A stretch of 63,680 bases of DNA, filler included, from Dicyema japonicum (GCA_011109175.1; 7 parts of 7 records of this genome joined end to end with filler, not necessarily neighbours in it), one strand, 5' to 3'. Shown: positions 13,835-25,982, counted from the whole stretch's first letter. Translations and numbers: made by a program. The notes: generated by a model not told the origin, from the sequence alone.

Positions 13835-14883
13835 CTAAAATAGCATAAAAAACAATTTTATTTCAAAATTGGTTAACCAACATAGAAATTTACAGACAAA
13901 AATCACTAAAGACGCACTTGAAGCTCAAAATTAACTTATGAGCCGGGAAAATGCTAAGAAAAATAACTTCTATAAGTTCTGAATGAAGAGAGTCCAAAAT
14001 CAACGAGAATTATAGTCCAAAACCAAATAGATAGCAGGTTTATTACTTTATCAAACAAGTTGAGGTTTAGGACTATCGGAGGTATGACCTTCTTGCAAGA
14101 GAGTTCTCTCTTTTCTACGACTGTAAGTAAAGATTAGTCTGCAGGTGGAGTCGTCTGATAATGCTCCAAGAATTATGTGGATTGGTTATCCGTCGATAAG
14201 CTACAAGCTTACATCGGATCAGTCGTGTTGAAGAGAACTCTTGAAAGTATGGTGGCTGTGCACAAGCACGGGATTGAGATCATTGATGAAGATTTCATTT
14301 GTGCTTCAAACCAACTTTTGGAGCAGGAATCTGCTAATTGTGAGGACATGAATGATTCTAATGCGGAAAAAATGACTTCATAAACTTTGAATTGTTTTTG
14401 TCATGAGAGCGAAGTAGAGTACTACTGTAGTGGCTTAGTGATTGTAGTTTGAAGTGGTCGATCTTATTTAGATTTGATTTAGACAGGTAAATTATAAATT
14501 ATTTAATAAATCACAAAACCACAACTTACTGAAGGAAATAAATTTTCAAATATATTAATGTCAAATATTTCGTCATAATAAAAAATTCAAATATCTAACA
14601 AATAGTAAGCGGTTTAAAAAGTTTGTGCTATGTGGTTTATTAATTGAATTTTCATGCTAACGTGACGGAAGTGGTTTCTGTATGTTAATTTCATCATAGT
14701 TTATGATATTTTCAGATATTTTGATTAGACAGAGCATGTGGATTCATGTTATCGGCATCAGTCCTTGATTTCTTTTACATTCACTAATACTTATTCTGAC
14801 CCATAGGCTGGCATCAAACTTGATTTAAAGAAGGAGTCGAAAGTAGTGGCTCACAAATAAAGGTTATTATATTGTGGCATCAG

Positions 14884-16950
14884 CTACCTGATAAATTCTC
14901 TGTACAGATAAGAGGCAATAGTTTGTAAACTTGCTCCCAAGCAGGTGGAGAAGGTTAAAGGAAGAGTTCTCGATTACTTCACGTTCCACACAATTGCTGT
15001 CATGACAACTGGAGTGATAATATGAGGTCTGTCTTCATGAGTGGGACATCTGGCCACACTCAGAACCCGTAAAATCTGAGAACCAAGGAATACTTCCAAT
15101 GGATCTCAATAGCCATTGCAAGAGGTGACACTGCGTCGGGGATAACTAATCAACACAACTTCCGATTACTTGATGATGGCAATTCCAAGGACCTGAGAGA
15201 ACCATTAAAGTAAACTGGGTCTAAGAGTCTCGTCGCTATTGCACTCCCAATTCATCGATAACTCCTTCAATTTTCCAACCGTTCCAGAGGTTTTGAAGGC
15301 GATCGGATGAAACGGTAGCGATCTCTGACAGCTGAGTGTTGATGCACGTCAGATCTTAGAATAGAGATCTCCCATGTGAAAATGATAATTTCGTACGGTC
15401 TCTTCTTATCTCCGCTATCAAGTCTCTAGTTAAACGAGCAGTTCCTGCATATGAATTGAATACATACCTGAAGGTATCCGCATATGGAATGGTAAGGTTG
15501 CAAAGGCTAGATTAGTGGTTATGACCAAACTCCCAGTAGTAAATTCCGATATATTTGAATCAAGGAGTATTTCCAAATCTAATTATGCTCAAGAATTAAT
15601 GAAGTGAATAATTTAGTTTTGTTACAAGAAATAACTAAAGAATGTACTTAACGTTGATTCAGTAATCGGTCGGGAAAAGGCATACCAATATCCCATAGTA
15701 TTAACAAGACAGAAAAAGATCATTCCTTTTATTTTAGATGAAGTGGCCTCTAAGTTCAAGGGGTTAAAACAGTTTTAATGACTAGCAATAACTCCCAGGA
15801 ATATAGAGGATGCAATAGTATGGAAATAATGTATATAAGGAAGAAAGACTACAAATATTGTGAGGCATTAAGATAAAAATAGTACAGTAAACTGAATTAC
15901 AGTTGTAATTTGATGTCAATTCGTATGTCTGAACTGTGAGCGAAGAGCATACCTGAAGGTATTCACTATAACATTTGTTCATGGAGTTGTATTTCACAAA
16001 GAATTAAAAATTGATATGTTAATTATTGAATGTCGTAGATTATTCAAAATCAGTAAGGAATTAATTAAACTGAATAAATTAACAAACTCTTATTAACCAA
16101 ATCCTTATATCCTATAGTCAACTACCATTATCTGCCACAAATACCAAGCAGGTTGTTTGGGTCTGATATTTTACTACAAACTGAAATAATATTTATAATT
16201 ACGTAAACGACTGGCCGGTTGGTTGTCCATACTAATTATATTAATATCACACAAATACATTTCACCATTTCGGTTGATTTTAATCGTATTCCCTTCGATA
16301 GATTTATGTCTAAGCTATACATGACTTTATACGCTTTTGGTATGCCCATAGCATCAACACACAATATGTCGACACTAATTTAATATTAAAAATACTTATG
16401 TAATGCAACAGAATCAGAAATCGTCATAAATAATTGTACTGTTGATGAAATAGGAAAATCACTATAAATTAATAAAATAACTTACACAGCATAGAGCCTC
16501 TCCATTAAAATTGCAAAGTCTGTGCTAATATACATTAATTTGAAACATTCGGCGAGATATCTATCATTTTCAAAATATAATACAAATATTCACTACTGAG
16601 TGGTAGAGTAGTAGAAGTGATGACTTTAATGATATGATCAACCTTACACGCACTATAATGATTAATATTGTAATACAAAAATTTAGCATTTAGCATTTGA
16701 AGTGAAAAAATAGCTCCATCGGGTACACTAATGTTCTCAGCATAAACGAAATTTATTTGTTCTCTGTAGGTGAGATCTTCAAATACACAGTGCTCCAAAT
16801 ATCTGTGAATGATTTTGAATAATACAAATTGTTATCCGTGATAATTTTAGAGTTACACCCTTCCATCATTTTTGAGCAGTGAAAAACTGCTATGAAGATA
16901 ATGAGATTGTACATACAAAATCATATAAATTTAAGAGATCTGCGCATATA
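14884..16950 (-). CDS. Same putative micro-intron LRR-like/TM gene, copy 2
   Basis: Near-identical to 3783-5850. Confidence 0.55.
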
Positions 16951-17082
16951 AACCTGTAAATTAATTCAAATTTATTTTAAAATAAATTAATTCAAATTTA
17001 TAAATTAATTCAAATTTATTTTAAATTTAACTAAAATCTCTTCCTTATTTAACTTAACCATATGTTTTCTTATAGTTTCGAT

Positions 17083-19411
17083 GTTTGTTGTAGCGTGGTG
17101 TTATGTGGTCCACCAATTCAAAAAAATCAAAAGGATCAAGATTGGCTATCCACGAGTAGATCATCATATGTGGCGATTTAAACGCAAAGCACCCATTATG
17201 GTTGTCAACCCAACAGCCCGACACGAGAGGGAATCTATTGTTATTGAAATCGGACTCCCTGACGATACTGAACGATCCAGCAAAAAATACAAGGACCCCA
17301 CTCAGAGAGACGGATCTACCTCACCGGATGTAACATTCTGCTCATCGTCGCTTTCATCAATAATTGATTGGTCAGTCCTCTACGAAACAAGAAGCGACCA
17401 TAATCCAATTGTGATGAAGGTCATGAGAGAAGTCAGAGTGAGGAGAACACCTGCTAGTTATAACTACAAAGCTGCTAATTGGGAATTGTATCGCGCAATC
17501 TCTGATGATAGGCTGAAGAATTGTTACTTGGACAGCTTCAAATCGCTAGAAAAAGGGATCAAATACTTTACTTTCACAATCCTAGAAGCAAGATCATTGG
17601 CTATTCCCGAGCATCGTCTAAATTCCTTTAATGGTCGAGGAAGTCGGCATTGATCAAAGAAAGAAATCACCTCAAAAAAATCTTATTGGATTACATTAGA
17701 AACGAAACTCCGGGTCAGAGCCCTAAACAACGAAATAAAGACCAGAGTTCAAGGCCCATAAATTGAAGTGTAATCGGATTCTTACAAAGGTACCGTAGTA
17801 CCGGAGAAGTGTGGAAAGCCATCCGAAATGTTGCAAAGGACGAAGAAATTTCCCCCGAGGATGACTATACTCAACGAGACGTTAACAATTTGATAAAATT
17901 CTACACAAAAATTTCGTACAAAAAACACAGAAAGTCGGAAGTGCTTCTCTCTTCACGGAGAAAACTGAAGAAGGATTCTGATTCAGTTTACTTCTCGAAT
18001 GAAGACGTGAAGAATGCGCTGCGTTTTACAAGAACAACGTACTCTGCTGGTCCCGACAACATTCCAGTAGTGTTATTGAAGAACCTTGGAGATATGGGAG
18101 TCGGTTTTCTAACGTCGATTTTCAACTATTCAGTTAATTGTAATCTAATACCCCGTTGTTATGGAAGCAAGCCAACATCCGACCTATACTGAAACCTGGA
18201 AAACCTAAAGAAGATCCGGCATCATTTAGATTTGTGTCATTGTTATGTTCCGTATCGAAAATCCTTGAGAGGCTTGTGCTTGGGAGAATCAAGGCCTTTT
18301 AACAGAAAAGGATTTTCAACACGGATTCAAGAGCGATGGTCCTACATCAACGTACCTACAGAAATTAACCAATTTTATTAGAGATGGATTTTCAAACAAA
18401 CCAAGGCATTTGAAAACAGTCTTATGTTCCATTGACAAGGCCTTTGATTCTATTTCGAGAAAAATATTATCAAAGAAAATTTTCCAGTCGGAGATCCCGG
18501 GGAAGCTTAAACTTTGGAAAACAAATTTCTTAAGTGAACGGAGGGGGACGTGTATGCCTCGGGGGACTGAAATCAGTCTCGCGTCTTCTCCCAAACGGTG
18601 TACCCCAAGGATCTCTTTTATCCCCCGCCGTATTCAATTTATACCTGGCCGACCTCCCGACACCGGAATCTAATAACGATGTTCTACTCTCATATGCGGA
18701 CGACATTGTTTTGGCCTCGCGTGATCGGGATATCCAAAATGCTACAGAAAGATTACAAATTAACCTGGACCGACTCAACGCCTGGGTAATGAAGAACCGA
18801 CTCACGATAAATTCCAGAAAGTCGGTCACGTCTATGTTTACTTCGGACAAAAGGTTGGGGAAGATGACTGTCAAGTTAAAATTGGACAACGTTGAAATCC
18901 TCTTCAGCAAATGTCAGAAGATCCTGGGCGTGACACTGGATACTCACTTATGTTTGTCACCACACGTGACAAACATTGTTCTGAAGTGCGAGAAGAGGAT
19001 CAATGAATTAAAATGTTTATCTGGAATTTGGAAGACAGGTACCCACCCGGTCTTGATGAACATTTACAAACAATACATCGAACCATGCTTCTCGTACGCG
19101 TGTGCTTCATGGAGACCTTCATTATCATGGACGAACACTAAGAAAATTTAGGACATTCAAAAGAAGGCTTTCAGAATGACGGAGCGGTGGTCTTGTGGGA
19201 GACACAGAACCGGACCGACTACTCTGGAGGCTCTCATTAAACAAAACTCCGGCATGCGGGAAGGTGACCCTGCAAATACAGTCAGCCGCCCAGTACGAGC
19301 TTGTGTGGGTACGAGGGAGGAGCATCGGGAAAGAATGAGGATTTTGGTGGAACGCATCGGGATCACGTGATAGTTAGTTTTGGTTTTACCTTGGTCTTGG
19401 GTGTTAAATAA
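17083..19411 (+). mobile_element. LINE family A copy 2, TSD ATAGTTTCGAT (17072-17082 / 19412-19422)
   Basis: RT-region ORFs identical to copy 1. Confidence 0.92.
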
Positions 19412-19462
19412 ATAGTTTCGATATTGATTATATTATTAAACGTGGTCTATAAGCCGCTGATT

Positions 19463-22400
19463 TCCCTTCAGTCATCGTTCGATGGGACTGACCGATGAGA
19501 TGGGAGAAGACCAGGGGAGTTGACAATCTTCATAATTACAAATTGACATTTTCTCGTATGGGATATCACTTGTGTTGATACGTTGCGACAAATACAACCT
19601 CAGACTGCCTGCTACTGAATCTGCCGAACAGAGGAAGCTGGATGAATATTCTACGCTTAGGAAAGGTTTCTGTATTGTCTCTATCATGCCTGGGTGTGAC
19701 CTTTACTATCAGCTGAGTTCTATGAACGGTCACCCATTCCAAAATGGAACGAAAAGAGCCAACAGCTTCTCCCCACCGTCTGGTGGTCCTTTCATCCCCT
19801 GTGTCTTCGACCCTGTCTGGTGTCTCCATTTATCCAGACTTTTGATTCTTCTATGTGGGGACGTCGAAACCAATACTGGTCCATGGAAAGGTTTTACAAT
19901 TATACAACTGAATACGAATGGGATCAGGAAGAAAATCTTTGAACTCCGGGCACTCCTCCGCGAAAATGAGGCTGACCTCGCTTTAATACAGGAGTCCAAG
20001 CTATCTCCCTCCATACCAACACCCTCTTTTCCCAGATACACAGTGATCCGTAAAGATCGTCAGGGAGGACGCGGAGGAGGACTACTTACTATTATAAAGA
20101 ACGATATTCTTTTTATGGATACAACCCAACGAACCTCGGAGCTTCTTGGCTCCGACAAGACTTTGGAGCAGATTACTGTCAAAATCGAGTTATTCCCATC
20201 CTTTTGGATCCATTTGGCTAATATATATATTCCTCCACAAGGATCGTGTCCGTCATCTTACACCCCTGATTTATCACGCATTTCAACATTGAAAAATCTA
20301 CTGTTATGTGGGGATCTTAATGCACGACATCCCGTTTGGCTCACTTCCCAATCCTCTGATAACCGAGGAGAACTCATTGCAAATTATCTTCCTGACCTGA
20401 TTATACTGAACAACCCTAACTCACATACGAGGACCCCATTAAGGATAACTGATAGCTGCACATCCCCCGAATTAACATTATGCTCACCTTCTCTGGCTGG
20501 ACTCATTTCCTGGAACGTCTTTTACGGCTTCCCCAGTGACCACAATCCAATCCTTCTAAAATTGAGAGGTCTTCGACGATACAGGAGATGGTCGGCGGAA
20601 TCAAAAAGATTCAAGGATTATACGAAGGTTGACTGGTCTGGTTTCAGTAACCTTGTGGATAAATTCTTGGCCGGGAGATTATCCTTCCCAATACGCTCTA
20701 TCGACGAGGCCGCAGAAATTATCAGCGCTGCCATTCAGAAAGCTGACCATATTTTTATTCCTATATCGTCATACAAGAAGTTTATTCCTACCCTCAGCTC
20801 TTATACAATAAGTCTTATAAAACAAAGAGACCGGCTGAAGAGATGCCATCTGTTGGACATGAAGTCTTTGACAGCCCTCAGACAACTGAATAAAAGAATC
20901 TGTCAGAGCATAAAAGAACACAAGGACAAGAGATGGCAGCATCTAGTTAACCACCTCGACAGGAAAAGTACATCCCGACACTTCTGGAAAACTTTTAAAC
21001 AAGTCAAGTCGGAGCTGGACGATGCAGACGGAACCGGAAAGTCTTCTCCTGAACACTTATGCCACCTACATCCTAACATCCTTATGAAACATTACGCTGG
21101 AATTAGCTTCAAACCATTCTCGAAACACCTGGACATTAAGGTGCGTGCCCATAAACCGAAGAAGGAACCTTATCACGAACTATTCACAGATGACCAAGTC
21201 TTGGATGTGATCACCAGATTAAAGAGCTCACGGGCGTGCGGGCCTGACAAAGTATCTTCTATTCACCTAAAACACCTAAGCCACTACGCAATTGGCTACC
21301 TCACGCATATATACAATCTGTCCATTAACTATAATATTATTCCTAAGATTTGGAAGAATTCTATCATCAGACCGATATTGAAGGCTGGGAAACCAGAGAC
21401 AGAACCTGCATCCTACAGGCCTATTTCCGTTACCAGCACACTGTCAAAAATTATGGAGAAACTTGTATTATCGGTCATTATTCCGTATCTTCCGCGTCCT
21501 ATATTTCAACATGGTTTCCTCCGCGGTAGGTCCACCGCTACATACTTGGCAACTTTATCCCAGTTCATTGCCGACGGTTTTAACACCCATCCTCCGCCTC
21601 ACAAACGCACAATCTTGGTTTCTATTGACATCAACAAAGCCTTTGACACTGTTTCGAGGAAAATCTTGGTTGGAAAAATTTTTTCTACTAATATTCGTCC
21701 GAATGTGAAATTATGGCTGGCCAACTTTTTGTCTGGAAGACGTGGAAGAGTAGTCAGTGGTGATCTCAGATCTAGATCACGATTACTACCGAACGGGGTA
21801 CCCCAGGGGTCTCCACTTTCACCAATTCTATTCAACCTTTTCCTACACGACCTACCTAATGATGGAGACGAAGATTCCCTGTTATTATCCTACGCAGACG
21901 ACGTAGTCATTGCAATACGGAACCGCTCGACGCAAGTCGCATCCCTTAAAACTCAGACAAAATTGAACATTCTCCACGATTGGATTGCTGGCAATCGACT
22001 AACGATTTCTGCAACCAAATCTATCTGTTCCACATTCACGTCGGACCGTCGTTCCAAGGATGAACCGAGTCTTTTCATTGGTCCCACTAGGATTCCAGTG
22101 ACAAAGTCCCCCATTGTCCTTGGAGTCAAGTACGACAGCCTTCTCAAATTCAACTCCCACGCAACAGACATGATCACCAGGGGCCTCCAGAAAGTTAACG
22201 TTATACGCGCCCTTGTTCGGAGGACCACGAGGAACATGGACTTTTCCGTTTCTACACTCTACCAACAAACAATCGCGCCTGCCATTGAGTATGCCTCCGT
22301 TGCATGGAGATTCGGGCTATCGGAGTCTTTGGTCCAAAGAATCAACTCGATATACCGGAAAACAATCAGTATGCTTTCCCCACGTAATGGATCAACAGTC

Positions 22401-22710
22401 GACCCACTACTCATGGAAGCTAAGATCCGTAGTCGTGGCTCCGGATTTCTTCGCCTCTGTGAGGAAGATGGAAATCCGCTTCGCCTAATCCTTCCCATGG
22501 CAAGAGAAAACCGATTGGATAAGAAATTCCCCTCCCCGATCGGATTCCTCTGCAAGACCGAGAGAAGGCTCTTCCGGAAAGTAGTGGGGACGATGGAGGA
22601 TCACAGACGTCGAATGGCACAAGTGATTGCGAGGACTGGGATCATCTAACTGTCTGACTCTTTGTCTTTATTTCTCGGTGTTCCCGGGGATATTAAAATA
22701 AATAAAAAAA
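19463..22710 (+). mobile_element. LINE family B copy 2
   Basis: Near-identical to 8361-11609, with an A-rich tail ending at 22710. Confidence 0.93.
19572..22649 (+). CDS. Intact 1025-aa APE endonuclease-reverse transcriptase ORF of LINE B; 2A motif mutated to DVETNTGP
   Basis: Uninterrupted ORF with all EN and RT motifs. First in-frame ATG at 19686. C>A at 19875 changes the 2A proline to threonine. Confidence 0.93.
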   Translation: MLIRCDKYNLRLPATESAEQRKLDEYSTLRKGFCIVSIMPGCDLYYQLSSMNGHPFQNGTKRANSFSPPSGGPFIPCVFDPVWCLHLSRLLILLCGDVETNTGPWKGFTIIQLNTNGIRKKIFELRALLRENEADLALIQESKLSPSIPTPSFPRYTVIRKDRQGGRGGGLLTIIKNDILFMDTTQRTSELLGSDKTLEQITVKIELFPSFWIHLANIYIPPQGSCPSSYTPDLSRISTLKNLLLCGDLNARHPVWLTSQSSDNRGELIANYLPDLIILNNPNSHTRTPLRITDSCTSPELTLCSPSLAGLISWNVFYGFPSDHNPILLKLRGLRRYRRWSAESKRFKDYTKVDWSGFSNLVDKFLAGRLSFPIRSIDEAAEIISAAIQKADHIFIPISSYKKFIPTLSSYTISLIKQRDRLKRCHLLDMKSLTALRQLNKRICQSIKEHKDKRWQHLVNHLDRKSTSRHFWKTFKQVKSELDDADGTGKSSPEHLCHLHPNILMKHYAGISFKPFSKHLDIKVRAHKPKKEPYHELFTDDQVLDVITRLKSSRACGPDKVSSIHLKHLSHYAIGYLTHIYNLSINYNIIPKIWKNSIIRPILKAGKPETEPASYRPISVTSTLSKIMEKLVLSVIIPYLPRPIFQHGFLRGRSTATYLATLSQFIADGFNTHPPPHKRTILVSIDINKAFDTVSRKILVGKIFSTNIRPNVKLWLANFLSGRRGRVVSGDLRSRSRLLPNGVPQGSPLSPILFNLFLHDLPNDGDEDSLLLSYADDVVIAIRNRSTQVASLKTQTKLNILHDWIAGNRLTISATKSICSTFTSDRRSKDEPSLFIGPTRIPVTKSPIVLGVKYDSLLKFNSHATDMITRGLQKVNVIRALVRRTTRNMDFSVSTLYQQTIAPAIEYASVAWRFGLSESLVQRINSIYRKTISMLSPRNGSTVDPLLMEAKIRSRGSGFLRLCEEDGNPLRLILPMARENRLDKKFPSPIGFLCKTERRLFRKVVGTMEDHRRRMAQVIARTGII

Positions 22711-23509
22711 TTCATAGTGCCCATTTGACATGGTTACAACAGTCACATGATCGCAAATGTGCCGGAACACAGTCTGAACACCAGTAAAGGATGTGAAGGC
22801 TACTGAGGGAGGCCGGATCACCTGAATTTTCTCATTCTGTCTATGATGGTGGTTTTTGGTTAATAAATTTAATTTAACACATGATGAAATACTGCACACA
22901 TACGTGCAGGCTACGCACATTATCTAATTAATAACTAATTCAGAGAATGACTAACACTACTCCCATCTCTTACCCAAGCAACATTTATGGTATACAGTCA
23001 TCCACACAGGTTACTTTAACCCAGTAAACAACAGCGGTAACTTTTCTTTATTGCCTGATCGCATAAAAGCTTACATGTGATTTGACTGCAAAATCAAAAC
23101 CACAAAATTAATTCATCAGAAAATATTCATAAATAAAAAAATCTAGTTTTTATCATCATTTCTCTGTCATCAAAATAGTTGATTGGTTCAGGTAATCCAA
23201 AATAACAAGATGAGACTGTTTGCGTATCCAGTGGAATATTTGCACTCAATTAGGTCCAGAATTCGACATTCTGGCAATAAAATTAACAACCCCCTGTTTC
23301 ATTATTCAATGCCTCCCAAGAACGAAAGGTTCCACCGTGAAGACACAAGTGTACTCAAAACTAGACTACGTTTTACCAGAGCAGCGTTAATCACTAAGCT
23401 AGCTGGCACTGTAAGGCTAAATTCATCAGTAATCCCTATAAACGACTACTAACAAATCCTTTAAATCGAGGATTAGAAAGTTAGCAACCAAGAAAGAAAC
23501 TGTTAGCAG

Positions 23510-24933
23510 TTAAATTAAGATGAGGATCAGCAGGCAAATAAAAGCCAGTGGATATGATAGCTCAAATCTATGTTGGATGCCCTTGCTGTGACTCGTAGCA
23601 TTATACTTTATGTGACAAAATATTCTACCTTCTTTAGCCCCAACCCTTCATGCACAGCAGCAATCAGGGGACTTTCCCCATTGTTGCACTCATTTCCAGA
23701 AAAATCGTCATAATCCAACGTCCAGACGAACATCCCAGCTAGTCCTTTACTTTCCACGTAATTTGCCTTATTTTTTAACCTTATACCTTCTCCCGAATGC
23801 TCTGGGGGTTTCATACCCCAACCAATAATAGTCCTTAACTCCATGTGCGGCTTTTTGTGTGTCGTTCCATACATTCCGGTAGTCCTCGTTGCAGTACTAA
23901 AATAAACTCTGTTTGATACTTCAAAGTAAGCCAATTTCCCGCGAAGATGTAGAATGCTTCCTGGGGCAGTCGTGTCGACCACCGAGTCCCCTATTTGTGG
24001 ATTCTTGGTGGTAGTTTTGTATCCGCGAGCATAAGTTGGAACTCCAATAACAATTTTGGACAGAGGAGCCCCGTTGGAGTTCCAATATTCGACAGAAGAG
24101 TCCTTAGATATTTTATGGTTAATACAGCACACAGTTGGTCATCACTGTTGAGGCAAAAGAGCCCGGAAGGATGGCGAACGACTTTCGAAGACTCGTTGTA
24201 GTAGTTATAAGTCTTAATGTTAATGTAGTCGAGGTATCTTCTATCACGGATAATACGGCTACTTGGAGATATTCCGGATCTCATACAGTTTCGTAGAATT
24301 GTTTCTATTTGCTGAAACAAACGCAGTTAGCAAATATGTCCCCGAACTGTCCCTTTTGAATTCCTCACTCAGAGTCTCCGAGTTATTCCAATTTTACCTT
24401 TAAAAAGAGCGTATAAATTGTCTTGTTTCTCGGATACTCCCAGTTTATGTCCAATCCGTCGAAATTGTATTTCTTCAAATATTCCCTTGCGTTTGAGGCG
24501 AATAGTGCTCTGTTTGTCTCATTCTTTAATTTTCTGATAAGTTGGTCGTTCCCCCGAATTGAGAGCAGGACTTTTAGGTCAGAATTCTTATTCTTCAGTG
24601 AAGTGACCTTGTTGTAGTTGTCGAATCCAACTATCTTATAAATGTTTGCATACTCGCAAGGTCAGACTGGGGATTACTCGAGAGGAGGGTAAGGGTATCT
24701 GGTCTAATATTCGCGAAGGCGTATATTATGTGGGTGCAGAGATGGGGGTTCATATTATCGGCCACATACTTTGCGTTCCCGGGTCTGTAAATAGCCCAGT
24801 TTGTGTAGTAACAGAATAATGCATTGCCTAAATGAAAAATACTGTGAACTCTTCTCAGCCGTGGTGTTGGATAGTTGAATCTACTATTGTTTTACAAAAT
24901 TACAGAAAATAAAATCAAATAAAAAAATAGCAT
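23510..24933 (-). CDS. GH18 chitinase-like protein, copy 3 (one 1-bp exonic deletion at about 23805)
   Basis: Introns at 24881-24903, 24828-24849, 24631-24653, 24376-24397, 24241-24262, 24103-24125, 23897-23919, 23767-23786 (20 nt here, 22 nt in copies 1 and 2) and 23606-23628. ATG at 24933, TAA at 23510. Confidence 0.85.
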
Positions 24934-25982
24934 CTAAAATAGCATAAAAAACAATTTTATTTCAAAATTGGTTAACCAACATAGAAATTTACAGACAAAA
25001 ATCACTAAAGACGCACTTGAAGCTCAAAATTAACTTATGAGCCGGGAAAATGCTAAGAAAAATAACTTCTATAAGTTCTGAATGAAGAGAGTCCAAAATC
25101 AACGAGAATTATAGTCCAAAACCAAATAGATAGCAGGTTTATTACTTTATCAAACAAGTTGAGGTTTAGGACTATCGGAGGTATGACCTTCTTGCAAGAG
25201 AGTTCTCTCTTTTCTACGACTGTAAGTAAAGATTAGTCTGCAGGTGGAGTCGTCTGATAATGCTCCAAGAATTATGTGGATTGGTTATCCGTCGATAAGC
25301 TACAAGCTTACATCGGATCAGTCGTGTTGAAGAGAACTCTTGAAAGTATGGTGGCTGTGCACAAGCACGGGATTGAGATCATTGATGAAGATTTCATTTG
25401 TGCTTCAAACCAACTTTTGGAGCAGGAATCTGCTAATTGTGAGGACATGAATGATTCTAATGCGGAAAAAATGACTTCATAAACTTTGAATTGTTTTTGT
25501 CATGAGAGCGAAGTAGAGTACTACTGTAGTGGCTTAGTGATTGTAGTTTGAAGTGGTCGATCTTATTTAGATTTGATTTAGACAGGTAAATTATAAATTA
25601 TTTAATAAATCACAAAACCACAACTTACTGAAGGAAATAAATTTTCAAATATATTAATGTCAAATATTTCGTCATAATAAAAAATTCAAATATCTAACAA
25701 ATAGTAAGCGGTTTAAAAAGTTTGTGCTATGTGGTTTATTAATTGAATTTTCATGCTAACGTGACGGAAGTGGTTTCTGTATGTTAATTTCATCATAGTT
25801 TATGATATTTTCAGATATTTTGATTAGACAGAGCATGTGGATTCATGTTATCGGCATCAGTCCTTGATTTCTTTTACATTCACTAATACTTATTCTGACC
25901 CATAGGCTGGCATCAAACTTGATTTAAAGAAGGAGTCGAAAGTAGTGGCTCACAAATAAAGGTTATTATATTGTGGCATCAG

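Noticed and set aside
13939-14383. Plus-strand gene remnant divergent from the chitinase, with a candidate 22-nt intron
   Set aside because: In-frame stops in all copies and no recognisable family.
17081-17653. 190-aa ORF as an independent gene
   Set aside because: It is a frameshift fusion of an off-frame segment with the LINE-A endonuclease remnant.
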